Positions 1 through 8,689 of a DNA stretch of 64,000 bases are shown here, piece after piece; position 1 is the stretch's first letter; each line of letters starts with the position of its first letter. The notes beneath the pieces are model-generated. The model made no database searches and was not told the origin of the DNA. It saw only the letters and a program-made list of their open reading frames with translations. The stretch lies in the NCBI GenBank assembly GCA_964635715.1, contig CAZWNZ010000002.1:104009-168008 (forward strand), given 5' to 3'. The position numbers were made by a program, and so were the translations under genes. The DNA comes from an uncultured Gammaproteobacteria bacterium (GTDB lineage Bacteria; Patescibacteriota; Microgenomatia; UBA8517).

Positions 1-1
1 T

Positions 2-388
2 GGGAATGGCCAGTTCAGTTTTAACATCTCTCTTGAAAACGGTGTAAATACTTTTGCAGCAATTGCAATTGACCAATCGGGAAACCAAAGCCAAAAAACA
101 AACGATTATCAAATTACTTTTGACAATAAAATGCCGGATATGGAAATAGTTTCCCCTAACGACGGTTCAAGTTTTTTTGGATCTACACAAAGACAGGTAA
201 CAATAGAGGGAACTACAGAAGTAGAAGCGTCCGTTACAATAAATGGCAGAATTATATCTGTAGAGGATGATGGATCATTTCAATACACAACTACTCTATC
301 TGATGGATCAAATACTTTTAACATTAAGGCGTTTGATCAGGCGGGAAATCTTACCGAAAAAAATATTGTCTTCAACTTCAGTCCTTAA
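2..388 (+). CDS. 5'-truncated surface protein with tandem bacterial Ig-like domains (ORF is open from the window edge)
   Basis: The frame of the 131..388 ORF stays open back to nt 2. Two repeated ~40-aa units (...NGVNTFAAIAIDQSGNQSQKTNDYQITFD... / ...DGSNTFNIKAFDQAGNLTEKNIVFNF...) are typical of Ig-like repeats in cell-surface proteins. Confidence 0.5.
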   Translation, partial: GNGQFSFNISLENGVNTFAAIAIDQSGNQSQKTNDYQITFDNKMPDMEIVSPNDGSSFFGSTQRQVTIEGTTEVEASVTINGRIISVEDDGSFQYTTTLSDGSNTFNIKAFDQAGNLTEKNIVFNFSP

Positions 389-1580
389 TTGAAATTGCAA
401 TAAGAATAATAATATAACCCATTATCCAAGGGTAGAATAATGAATTGGAAAACAAACTATGAACAAATAGTGCCGCGAAAGAAGAAATTAGAATCGGTAT
501 GTTGAATCCTCCCTTTAACGAGCTAAGTATATTAAATATGCTCCCCAAAAAAATCAGTAAACCTACAACACCCGTTGTTGCCAAAATCAGGAGCAAACTC
601 GAGTCTGATCCCGAACAGGCATGAGAGGCAAATAACTCATCACCAATGAACTTGTTCCTAGCCACACACATATTATTAAATCCCACGCCAAAAATTGGAA
701 ATCTTTTTGAAATTTCCAGTGTCTCGGCATAATTGGTAAATTTCGCCTTTATGCTAAAAACCCTTGTCAGTTCGATACTTTGGTTTTTCGAGGTCGGTAA
801 AAGCATGGCAATTACGGCCAAACCGACTATCCATAATAATATCTTTTTAATTTTCTTTTTAGTAATGGCTATTACCGAAAGCCCTGCAAATAAAGCCAGG
901 TAGCTTGCCCGGGAGTAAGTAAAAGCCAACGACACAAGCATGAATAGCATAAGAATCAAATATTTTTTGTTCATCTGCCCATCGAGATAGCGATACATCA
1001 AAATCAACAACCCAAAGACTATTATCAATCCTAAAAATGTTGGGTCCAAAAATGTTCCGGCAATACGGTATAAATGCATATCCCAACCTATGTAGTGAAG
1101 TGGTTTGAGATCGGGGACTGTAAAATACTGAATCCAACCGAAGATGGCTGAAATAGCTGAAACGGTAGTAAGTCCATCAAATAAAAGTTTTTTGTTTGTC
1201 AAATTTTTTCCGGCAAAATTCCAGACATAATTCAAATAAAATACGTAAGCAGAAATTCTTATCAGGTAAAACAAACCATAAACAACTTCTTTTTCAAATA
1301 CAAAGATCGATAAGATAAAGGAGAACAAAGCTATTGCCAAAAAACAAACAAGGTATTTAGAAACAGCCGGTTTTTTCTTTTGGTAAAAAATTGAATATAA
1401 AGCTCCCAGGGCAACAACAATATCTAAAGGGGTTAATGGAATAGTAAGACTGGCTATATTTAAATTCACACGAAAAATTTGCCCGAATGGAAAAATCACG
1501 AAAAACAAAAAAAGAAACAGACTCTGTGGCGAAATGATGTTTTTAAAATTTATTTTTCTAGTTCCCATTGTTTTGTCCAC
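378..1580 (-). CDS. O-antigen ligase/polymerase family membrane protein (Wzy_C-type)
   Basis: Polytopic membrane protein with about 10 TM segments; the ...YSRASYLALFAGLSVIAI... loop region is typical of WaaL/Wzy_C-domain proteins. Confidence 0.55.
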   Translation of the reverse strand: MDKTMGTRKINFKNIISPQSLFLFLFFVIFPFGQIFRVNLNIASLTIPLTPLDIVVALGALYSIFYQKKKPAVSKYLVCFLAIALFSFILSIFVFEKEVVYGLFYLIRISAYVFYLNYVWNFAGKNLTNKKLLFDGLTTVSAISAIFGWIQYFTVPDLKPLHYIGWDMHLYRIAGTFLDPTFLGLIIVFGLLILMYRYLDGQMNKKYLILMLFMLVSLAFTYSRASYLALFAGLSVIAITKKKIKKILLWIVGLAVIAMLLPTSKNQSIELTRVFSIKAKFTNYAETLEISKRFPIFGVGFNNMCVARNKFIGDELFASHACSGSDSSLLLILATTGVVGLLIFLGSIFNILSSLKGGFNIPILISSFAALFVHSLFSNSLFYPWIMGYIIILIAISIKD

Positions 1581-2131
1581 CCTAAAAACGAGTGAAACGA
1601 TTGTAACATGCTAAATACAAATCCGCGTCCGGAAAAAATATTCTGAAGAAATTTTGCCGTAGGATATAAAACTATTTTCAGAATAGTTACGTTTTTCCCC
1701 TCTTTTCTATTTTCTCTGGCGTGGATCTCCGAATAATTATTGATTTTATCAATATATGAATGCAAATCGTTTGCCGTATTATGAATGATGAAATTATTTA
1801 ATGAGCCAGTATTTGTTCCCACATCCCAAACCTCATGAACGGCCCTTTTCCACTTCCCTGCATCACGTTTTCCCAATCTTAAAACACGATCCTCTCCGAT
1901 ACATTTTTCAAGAAAATATATTTTTCTTTTTATGTAAAAACCGTCAAATTTCGGCTTTTTGGATAGTGTTAAATTAATTTCATCGGATAATTCCGGTGTG
2001 GTTTTTTCATCAGTATCGAGGAAAAACACCCACTTGGATTTTGCTTTAGCAAGAAGCATATTTCTTTCCGCCGCAAAATCGGTGATTCCGGGTTTTTTAA
2101 GCGTTATTATTTCAAAATTATTCATTTTTTT
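1550..2131 (-). CDS. small GT2-family glycosyltransferase (LPS-core type); start uncertain
   Basis: Has a DXD-like FFLDTDE motif and is ~190 aa, resembling KdtX/WaaE-like GT2 enzymes. The ORF track begins at 2155; an internal MKKM start avoids most overlap with the upstream gene. Confidence 0.45.
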   Translation of the reverse strand, partial: KKMNNFEIITLKKPGITDFAAERNMLLAKAKSKWVFFLDTDEKTTPELSDEINLTLSKKPKFDGFYIKRKIYFLEKCIGEDRVLRLGKRDAGKWKRAVHEVWDVGTNTGSLNNFIIHNTANDLHSYIDKINNYSEIHARENRKEGKNVTILKIVLYPTAKFLQNIFSGRGFVFSMLQSFHSFLGWTKQWELEK

Positions 2132-3473
2132 CATAATAGACATCCCCCGCATCATAAATTGTATATTTTAAATCTGCAGTTGAATCCAACCTACCCCCTG
2201 CTTTTAAAACCAAAAACTGATAATTCTGGGCATAATTTTCCGGAAAATAGTCGAAAGGTCCCACTCTGTTCAAATCAAACACTTTTCCTGAGGCATCATT
2301 TACAATCTTGCCGATAACTTCTTCCTGAATAGAAAGAGGAACATAATCGGTATCAGTGGAATGTTCCTTACCAAAACTTAAAAGCACCATCGGCACCATT
2401 AAAGTATAGATAAGAATTGTAAAAATTTTAGTTGATTTCTTCTGCCAAAATTTAGAAGTAAAATACGAAAAAAGAAGGCCGAAGTTTAAAAAAATTGGGA
2501 AAAAATAATGCAAAGGCGGAGAAGTGTGAATAAATAGCGAAATACATTGGGCAAGAGTTGAGCTAATCAGGTAGAAAGTAAAAAAATCCTTACTAAAGAA
2601 TTTTCTCCTTTTAACGAAGAAGTAAATAAATAAACATAGGAATATGAAGCTCCCGATTATCCAAAAACGATTATCCGTAAACAAATTTCGTCCGAAAAAT
2701 TCATTAAACACTTTAAGGGTGTCCATTAAATTTGAGGAATTTATGTTATTTTTTGGGTAGAATCCGGCAAACCCCAAAATACGGTATGGAATCCATAACA
2801 TAAAATTTTTGACCATGGAAAATCCACTTTGAGCATCATAAACAAAAATGGTTATGTTGGGAATAATTACGCCCGCAAGAAATAAAAGATAGTTTTTCAC
2901 CCGAAGCTTTTTTCTTTTTATAAAAAAGGCCAAAAGTAATACAATGAAAAGAGGCAAATGACTGAAGTGAAAACTGAATAGTGCTCCAAAGGATATTCCC
3001 AACCAAAACATCCATTTATATTTTCCGTTCCAAATTTTGAATAAGGAATAAATTAAAACGGGTGTCAAAATAAAGAAAAAGACATGAAGTTTGGAAAGTC
3101 TGGTTGCCCAAATCCAAAGGGGCGAAAGAGAGATGAAAAACGATAAAATTATTGCAAATTTTTTGTCAACTATTTCTTTGAAAACAAAATATGTTATCAA
3201 AATTCCGATAATTGAAACTGCAAGTGCCAGCCAAAACAAAATATAAGGTGACCAACCAAAAATTTTTGTAATAGGAATGAGAATCCAATAATAAATTGGA
3301 CCATAATTTAGCCATTCGTGAGAAGTCGTCAATCCAATTAAAGGAAAATTATTAGAATGTGTTAGTTGCCAAACATATAAAAGTTCTCTTCCTGATTCTC
3401 CCGGAAAATAATAATTATTCCAAATCTGGAAAACTCTTAAAAATATCCCGATAACAATTGAAATAACAATCAT
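2118..3473 (-). CDS. GT-C fold (GT39/ArnT/PMT-like) membrane glycosyltransferase
   Basis: Multi-TM N-terminal region plus a soluble C-terminal domain; resembles lipid-linked sugar transferases of the ArnT/PMT class. Confidence 0.4.
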   Translation of the reverse strand: MIVISIVIGIFLRVFQIWNNYYFPGESGRELLYVWQLTHSNNFPLIGLTTSHEWLNYGPIYYWILIPITKIFGWSPYILFWLALAVSIIGILITYFVFKEIVDKKFAIILSFFISLSPLWIWATRLSKLHVFFFILTPVLIYSLFKIWNGKYKWMFWLGISFGALFSFHFSHLPLFIVLLLAFFIKRKKLRVKNYLLFLAGVIIPNITIFVYDAQSGFSMVKNFMLWIPYRILGFAGFYPKNNINSSNLMDTLKVFNEFFGRNLFTDNRFWIIGSFIFLCLFIYFFVKRRKFFSKDFFTFYLISSTLAQCISLFIHTSPPLHYFFPIFLNFGLLFSYFTSKFWQKKSTKIFTILIYTLMVPMVLLSFGKEHSTDTDYVPLSIQEEVIGKIVNDASGKVFDLNRVGPFDYFPENYAQNYQFLVLKAGGRLDSTADLKYTIYDAGDVYYEKNE

Positions 3474-4687
3474 TTAAATATCTTTCTGATGCCGTAAATA
3501 ACTACAGGCAAACTGCAAATAAAAGCGATTAAGGTCGAATACCCTGCTCCAATTATTCCGAACTTGGACACTAACGGGTAAATTGCAATTCCCATGCCGA
3601 TAATCCCCATCATCTCGGAATACATTACATATTTTTGAAGTTTTAAAGAGAAGAAGAGAGAATAACTGAAATTAAGAATCGATTTAAAAGCCCCAAATAT
3701 GGCCAATATTTTCAGTACCGGCTCAATTACCAGCCAATTTTCCCCAAGAAAAATCAAAATGATTGGTCTGGAAAAAAGAAGGATTGCGACAGCAAATAAT
3801 AATACCAGAACGCTAATTACTCCCAAAGTCTTTAGGAACGCACTTTTAAGCCTTTTTTTGTCTCCTCCAATCGCAACATATACGGGAAAAGTCACTTTGT
3901 TAAAAATATTTCCTATTTCGGAAACAGGTAAAGTTGAAATACTGTACGCCTGCTGGTAATAGCCGAGATTTGCCGTACCAAGAACTTTTCCAACCGTGAC
4001 GTTGTCGATATTTTGGAAGATGTAGCTAAAAATACCTGCACCAGTCACCCATTTTCCGTTATGGACGACTTCCAGAACTTTTTCTTTCTCAATAGAAAGT
4101 TTTGGTTTATTCCTGAACAATACAAAACTTAAAAACACTTCTGTTACTGCTGAAATTAACATACTAAAAAGCATTGATGATTCTGAGCGTGTGACAATCC
4201 CTAAGGCCACAGCCAGTGCTGCATCAACAAAATACAAAAAGCCGCGGTATAAAAACTCTTTTTTGAATTGCAAGTCCTTTTGATACGAAACCTCCATTGG
4301 ATTAATAAATCCACGGACAAAAGCCACCCCAGCCACAATATATAAAAGGTTCCGAATCTGAACGTCATTAAAAAAATGAATTACTAAGGGAGTACTGATA
4401 AGAATAACCAGAGTAATTAGAATGCCCCTGACTACTGATACGACCCAGGCAGAGTTTAGGTAGGGTCTTATATCGTCCTTTTTTTGGATCAAAAAAACAT
4501 TAATTCCTGTTTCCGTGAGAACTTCCAAAAATCCTAAAACTAAAAGCGCTATGCCGTAATTGCCAAATTGAGAGGGTAGAAGGAATCTGGCCAGAATAGC
4601 AATCTTTACCAATGCCAAACCCCGCATGGAGCCCCGAAGAAGGCTCATCCAGGAAACACCTCTTACAGCGTCTTTAAAGTAGCCCAT
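3470..4687 (-). CDS. Wzx-type polysaccharide flippase (MOP superfamily)
   Basis: N-terminus ...SLLRGSMRGLALVKIAILARFLLPSQFGNYGIALLVLGFLEVLTETGINVFLIQ... is a typical polysaccharide-biosynthesis-protein/Wzx signature; about 12 TM segments. Confidence 0.65.
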   Translation of the reverse strand: MGYFKDAVRGVSWMSLLRGSMRGLALVKIAILARFLLPSQFGNYGIALLVLGFLEVLTETGINVFLIQKKDDIRPYLNSAWVVSVVRGILITLVILISTPLVIHFFNDVQIRNLLYIVAGVAFVRGFINPMEVSYQKDLQFKKEFLYRGFLYFVDAALAVALGIVTRSESSMLFSMLISAVTEVFLSFVLFRNKPKLSIEKEKVLEVVHNGKWVTGAGIFSYIFQNIDNVTVGKVLGTANLGYYQQAYSISTLPVSEIGNIFNKVTFPVYVAIGGDKKRLKSAFLKTLGVISVLVLLFAVAILLFSRPIILIFLGENWLVIEPVLKILAIFGAFKSILNFSYSLFFSLKLQKYVMYSEMMGIIGMGIAIYPLVSKFGIIGAGYSTLIAFICSLPVVIYGIRKIFK

Positions 4688-5629
4688 TTAGGCAATTATA
4701 CCCGATATGAACCCGCTCATCACTGCAAAATCAGAAGCAATTTGTACAACCGGCCCCCAGAGAGTAACTTTCCAATCATTAAACTCCATATATTCTTTCC
4801 GGAAAGCCCAAATTAAATAAGCAAACAAAATAAAAAACCATAATGCGAGTAGGGAAGTGTTAGCTAGTGAAAAAATAAAGAAACCCAGTAAGAATATATA
4901 CCTAGCCAATACCGATAGCGCCTTAATATTGTGCGACATAAGCTTATGGGTCGGGTGCCACCAAATTCCGTACTGTGCGTCCCATTTTGCATAGTCCTGA
5001 ATCTTCTTAAAAAATTCCCCAAAAGTTTTCGGCATCCCCCACTCCACAATTGCATTTTTCACGCGTGAATACTTTAATCCTAATTTCACAGCTTTATAAT
5101 TAAAGTCCGTATCTTCGGCAGAGTTAGTTTTACTTTCAGGGAATCCCCCAACAATCTCCCAAGCATTTTTTGTAAAAGCCATTGATCGTGTTGAAGGTAA
5201 AAAATTATGATTAAATTTTCTGGGAGTTACTCCCAAAAATGCACTCATAGCTTTTTGGCAAGGTTCCGAACCTTGCATGGTATAAAAACCGGCAACAATA
5301 TCCACGCGTCCTGTTTCAAAAGGCTTTGTGATATTTTTGAGCCAATTCGGATCCGCAATGCATCCGGCGTCCGTTATGGCAATAATTTCGTTCTCCGCTA
5401 AATCCACACTTATATTTCTCCCCCTGGACCTCGAACATTTTTCAAAAACAGTCTTAATATATGAATATTTTTTTTGGTAATGGCGAATAATTTCAGGAGT
5501 TTTATCGCTAGAGCCTCCGTCAACTATTACTATTTCATCCGCCTTTTTACTTTGACGGATAAGAGATTCCAATAATTTGGCGATATTATTATCTTCGTTA
5601 AAAGTCGTAATACAGATTGATGCTTTCAT
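4688..5629 (-). CDS. GT2-family glycosyltransferase with C-terminal TM anchor
   Basis: N-terminus ...ICITTFNEDNNIAKLLESLIRQ...IVIVDGGSSDKT... is a GT-A fold with DxD context. Confidence 0.7.
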   Translation of the reverse strand: MKASICITTFNEDNNIAKLLESLIRQSKKADEIVIVDGGSSDKTPEIIRHYQKKYSYIKTVFEKCSRSRGRNISVDLAENEIIAITDAGCIADPNWLKNITKPFETGRVDIVAGFYTMQGSEPCQKAMSAFLGVTPRKFNHNFLPSTRSMAFTKNAWEIVGGFPESKTNSAEDTDFNYKAVKLGLKYSRVKNAIVEWGMPKTFGEFFKKIQDYAKWDAQYGIWWHPTHKLMSHNIKALSVLARYIFLLGFFIFSLANTSLLALWFFILFAYLIWAFRKEYMEFNDWKVTLWGPVVQIASDFAVMSGFISGIIA

Positions 5630-6817
5630 TTAAATTTTCTCTACTTTATCAAAAAACTTCTGATTAACAAAAACCAAATAAAAAACTGGAATCATTGCCA
5701 AAATCAGAAGTTTTGGGTGGTAATCTAGATTCATTAACGACCCGATTAGGCCCAGTAAAGTTAATATTCCAATCTTTTCTTCCCTATTTTTGAAAAGCAA
5801 AAACACTTCCAAAACAGTCACAATAATCAGAGGGTAAATATGACGCATATTGGAAACCAAAGATTCTGCCGGGAAGAAAAAAATAAAAGCGATAAATGTT
5901 AAAATCGCAAACCATGAAAGCTTTTTAAGTAAACTTGGGCTGTTTTTTTTGATTAATAAATAAATCGGAGCTGCCAAAGAAAAAGCCCAAATGATGAATT
6001 CGCTAATTATCGCACTTCCTACATTAAAAATATATTTTGGGTTTGCAATAATGTTTGCAACAATGCTCCAGTTGTCCGAGTTTACACTGTTATAAGTTGG
6101 ATCCCCTCTTAAAAAGAAAAATCCGACGGGATATAAAGGATTTCCGGTCAAAATATAATTTCGGATATACCAACTAAAACCGAATAACACCAGCGGGATT
6201 ACAAAAGCCGTTAATCTCAGAAAATTAATTTTTCTGAATATACTTTTGCCGAAAAATACAATAAGAAGTACCCAAAAAATAAGTCCTGAAGATTTCATCC
6301 CTACAAGCATTCCTGAGCAAAAACCTAAAGAAAGATAGTAGTTTAGTGCATCTTTCGGTTTCATCAGCAAATATAAAACGGCAGAAAAAAATACCGCCAG
6401 CCAGATATCAGAAACTTGTGTAAGCGGCCACCTTAAAACTGATTGAAGTGTGGAAATAGCCACTGCATAAAAAATAGACATTTCTTTTGACAGCCCAAAA
6501 ACTTCGGCAATCTTCTTAGAAAAAATGAAAAGTAAAACAAGAGCTAGAACATTAAATAAATTTAGTGGTATGTGAATAAGAACAAACAAAGAAAGTATTG
6601 CTTCAGCAGTCGCCGGAATAAAGCCGAGGCCGAGAGTTAGATTTGCAGGCAAAAAAGTAAGTTTTGCCAACTGTTTTGCAATTGGAATGTGGAAGATTAC
6701 ACTATCGCTTTCAAAAACTCCTTGAATACTGGTGGCTATTCCATAGTATATAAATTGGATAACCAATATGGCAAAAATCGCAAAAGCGATTTTGGAAAGT
6801 AGTTTAGTTTTTTTCAT
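5630..6817 (-). CDS. polytopic membrane protein of the glycan cluster (possible GT-C or Wzy-like polymerase)
   Basis: More than 10 predicted TM helices and no soluble domain; sits in glycan-cluster context. Confidence 0.35.
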   Translation of the reverse strand: MKKTKLLSKIAFAIFAILVIQFIYYGIATSIQGVFESDSVIFHIPIAKQLAKLTFLPANLTLGLGFIPATAEAILSLFVLIHIPLNLFNVLALVLLFIFSKKIAEVFGLSKEMSIFYAVAISTLQSVLRWPLTQVSDIWLAVFFSAVLYLLMKPKDALNYYLSLGFCSGMLVGMKSSGLIFWVLLIVFFGKSIFRKINFLRLTAFVIPLVLFGFSWYIRNYILTGNPLYPVGFFFLRGDPTYNSVNSDNWSIVANIIANPKYIFNVGSAIISEFIIWAFSLAAPIYLLIKKNSPSLLKKLSWFAILTFIAFIFFFPAESLVSNMRHIYPLIIVTVLEVFLLFKNREEKIGILTLLGLIGSLMNLDYHPKLLILAMIPVFYLVFVNQKFFDKVEKI

Positions 6818-7892
6818 TTACTAACTGATTATACAATCGAATATATTTTTCAACCGATATATCCCAGTTAAATTTCTTCACATGTTTCGAAGCAGATAAA
6901 ACCAATCTATTTCGTATACTACTATTTTTAAGTAAACACATAATTCCGTTTGCAATCTCATTACAATTGTTTGGATCAACCAATAATGCCGATTTTCCGG
7001 ATATTTCAGGTATCGATGATGTGTTGGATGCAACCACGGGAGTGCCAAATGAAAACGCCTCAAGAACCGGAAAACCAAAACCTTCAATAACTGATGGATA
7101 GCAAACACATTTGGCATTTTTGATTAATGTTGCCAAGTTATTATCGCTAACATAACCGACAAAAATAACGGATTTTTGTAAATTTAAGCTTTTAGTCAAC
7201 TCAGATAATTTTTCTTTATATTTTGGGTTGTTTCCCGTAATAACTAATTTTAAATCTGGAAAATTTTTACTTACTATTGCAAATGATTTAATCAAACCGT
7301 CAATATTCTTTCTTATATCTAAACCTCCATTATTCAAAATATAATCGCCATAAATATTTTTTCCGGAAGGTTTTGGAAGTTTTATCAAACCGGAATATAT
7401 AACAGAAATCTTATTCTCACTTACACCTCTTTTTACCAGTAATTGCTTTGTATATTCACTAACAGTAATTATTCTGTCCGATTTATTGATTGAACTATTC
7501 AATCTAAATAAGTACATCTGTTTAGAAACTATGGGCAATTTTGAGTAGGAAAAATAATCTGTGACTTGAAGTGGAATTAAATCATGAATCGTCAATGCTG
7601 TTTTAACATTTGTCAGTAATGGAATACCCGCATTCCCGGGCGCGTGATATAAGTCAATTTTATATCTTCTCAAGGCCGTTGGTAATAAAATTTGCTCAAA
7701 AGTCAGCCTGTTTGATTTGGGAAGAACGATAGAAATAATATTTTTGCCTAATATTTTATATCTAGGTTTTTTTGAATAAAAAACAAAACACTCAATACCG
7801 GCATCGGAAAGTCCTAGAACAAGAGACTTTATATACTTTCCCACACCAACTAAATCCCCCTCCGCATATCTGCCGTCAAATCCAATTTTCAT
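6804..7892 (-). CDS. GT4-family (GT-B fold) glycosyltransferase
   Basis: C-terminal EGFGFPVLEAFSFGTPVVASN... motif of group-1 glycosyltransferases. Confidence 0.7.
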   Translation of the reverse strand: MKIGFDGRYAEGDLVGVGKYIKSLVLGLSDAGIECFVFYSKKPRYKILGKNIISIVLPKSNRLTFEQILLPTALRRYKIDLYHAPGNAGIPLLTNVKTALTIHDLIPLQVTDYFSYSKLPIVSKQMYLFRLNSSINKSDRIITVSEYTKQLLVKRGVSENKISVIYSGLIKLPKPSGKNIYGDYILNNGGLDIRKNIDGLIKSFAIVSKNFPDLKLVITGNNPKYKEKLSELTKSLNLQKSVIFVGYVSDNNLATLIKNAKCVCYPSVIEGFGFPVLEAFSFGTPVVASNTSSIPEISGKSALLVDPNNCNEIANGIMCLLKNSSIRNRLVLSASKHVKKFNWDISVEKYIRLYNQLVNEKN

Positions 7893-8614
7893 TTTTTAAC
7901 TGCAACTATTATTATGTTATAACTACTTATGATACGAGTAGTTTTACATCTGTCATATAGGTAACGAATTATTTTTTGCAAATATTTAATAGGCGATTTT
8001 GTCAATATATTTTTAATATTTTTCTTATTAATAATTTTGTCAGGAAATATAACCTTTTCCAGTTGGTGTGGAAAAATTCCTCTATAAGAAATTTTAGCAG
8101 CCTCAAATCCACAATGTTCTATAATTTTTCTTAAACCCCTAGCGTCATAGCTTGTTTCCCAACCGCCATACCAAGATCCAAAATAATATTTAATTTTCTT
8201 GTACAAACTATACAAATTCCATTTATGAGGAACATCTACTATTAGATATCCACCCGTTTTTAATATTCTATAATTTTCATGTAACAACTCTTCAGGTTTT
8301 GTAAAATGTTCTAATAAACCCTGGTGGTAAACAAGATCAAACTCATTATCGTTAAAGGAAGTATTTCTGCCATCCTGACAATAAGTTTTAATTTTTTTGC
8401 TGTTTATAAGCCTTTTACAAGCTATTATGCTTGTATCTATACCATAACAATCAAACCCCATGTTTGAGAGAGTAATAATATCTCCCCCTGAACCAAAACC
8501 AACTTCCAGTATTTTCTTACCACGAGAGCATTGTGCAATAATACGAATTATTTCTGGATGAATATCCAAGGTATCATTTATTTTCCAATTTTTATCCCAA
8601 ATATTTCTCACCAC
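7889..8614 (-). CDS. class I SAM-dependent methyltransferase
   Basis: Motif I ILEVGFGSGGD is followed by an acidic residue and downstream MTase motifs. Confidence 0.7.
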   Translation of the reverse strand: MVRNIWDKNWKINDTLDIHPEIIRIIAQCSRGKKILEVGFGSGGDIITLSNMGFDCYGIDTSIIACKRLINSKKIKTYCQDGRNTSFNDNEFDLVYHQGLLEHFTKPEELLHENYRILKTGGYLIVDVPHKWNLYSLYKKIKYYFGSWYGGWETSYDARGLRKIIEHCGFEAAKISYRGIFPHQLEKVIFPDKIINKKNIKNILTKSPIKYLQKIIRYLYDRCKTTRIISSYNIIIVAVKK

Positions 8615-8689
8615 TGTTTATGATTATAGTCATATTTTACCACTTGACAATTAGTTCACATATTACGAAACTTAATTAGTTGTGGATAT

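Noticed and set aside
859-1137. Nested or antisense ORFs in the six-frame track (e.g. 859..1137, 3699..3959, 4864..5055, 12024..12287, 26740..27177, 28240..28604)
   Set aside because: They lie fully inside, or antisense to, well-supported genes, are short, and have no family features, so they are treated as spurious.
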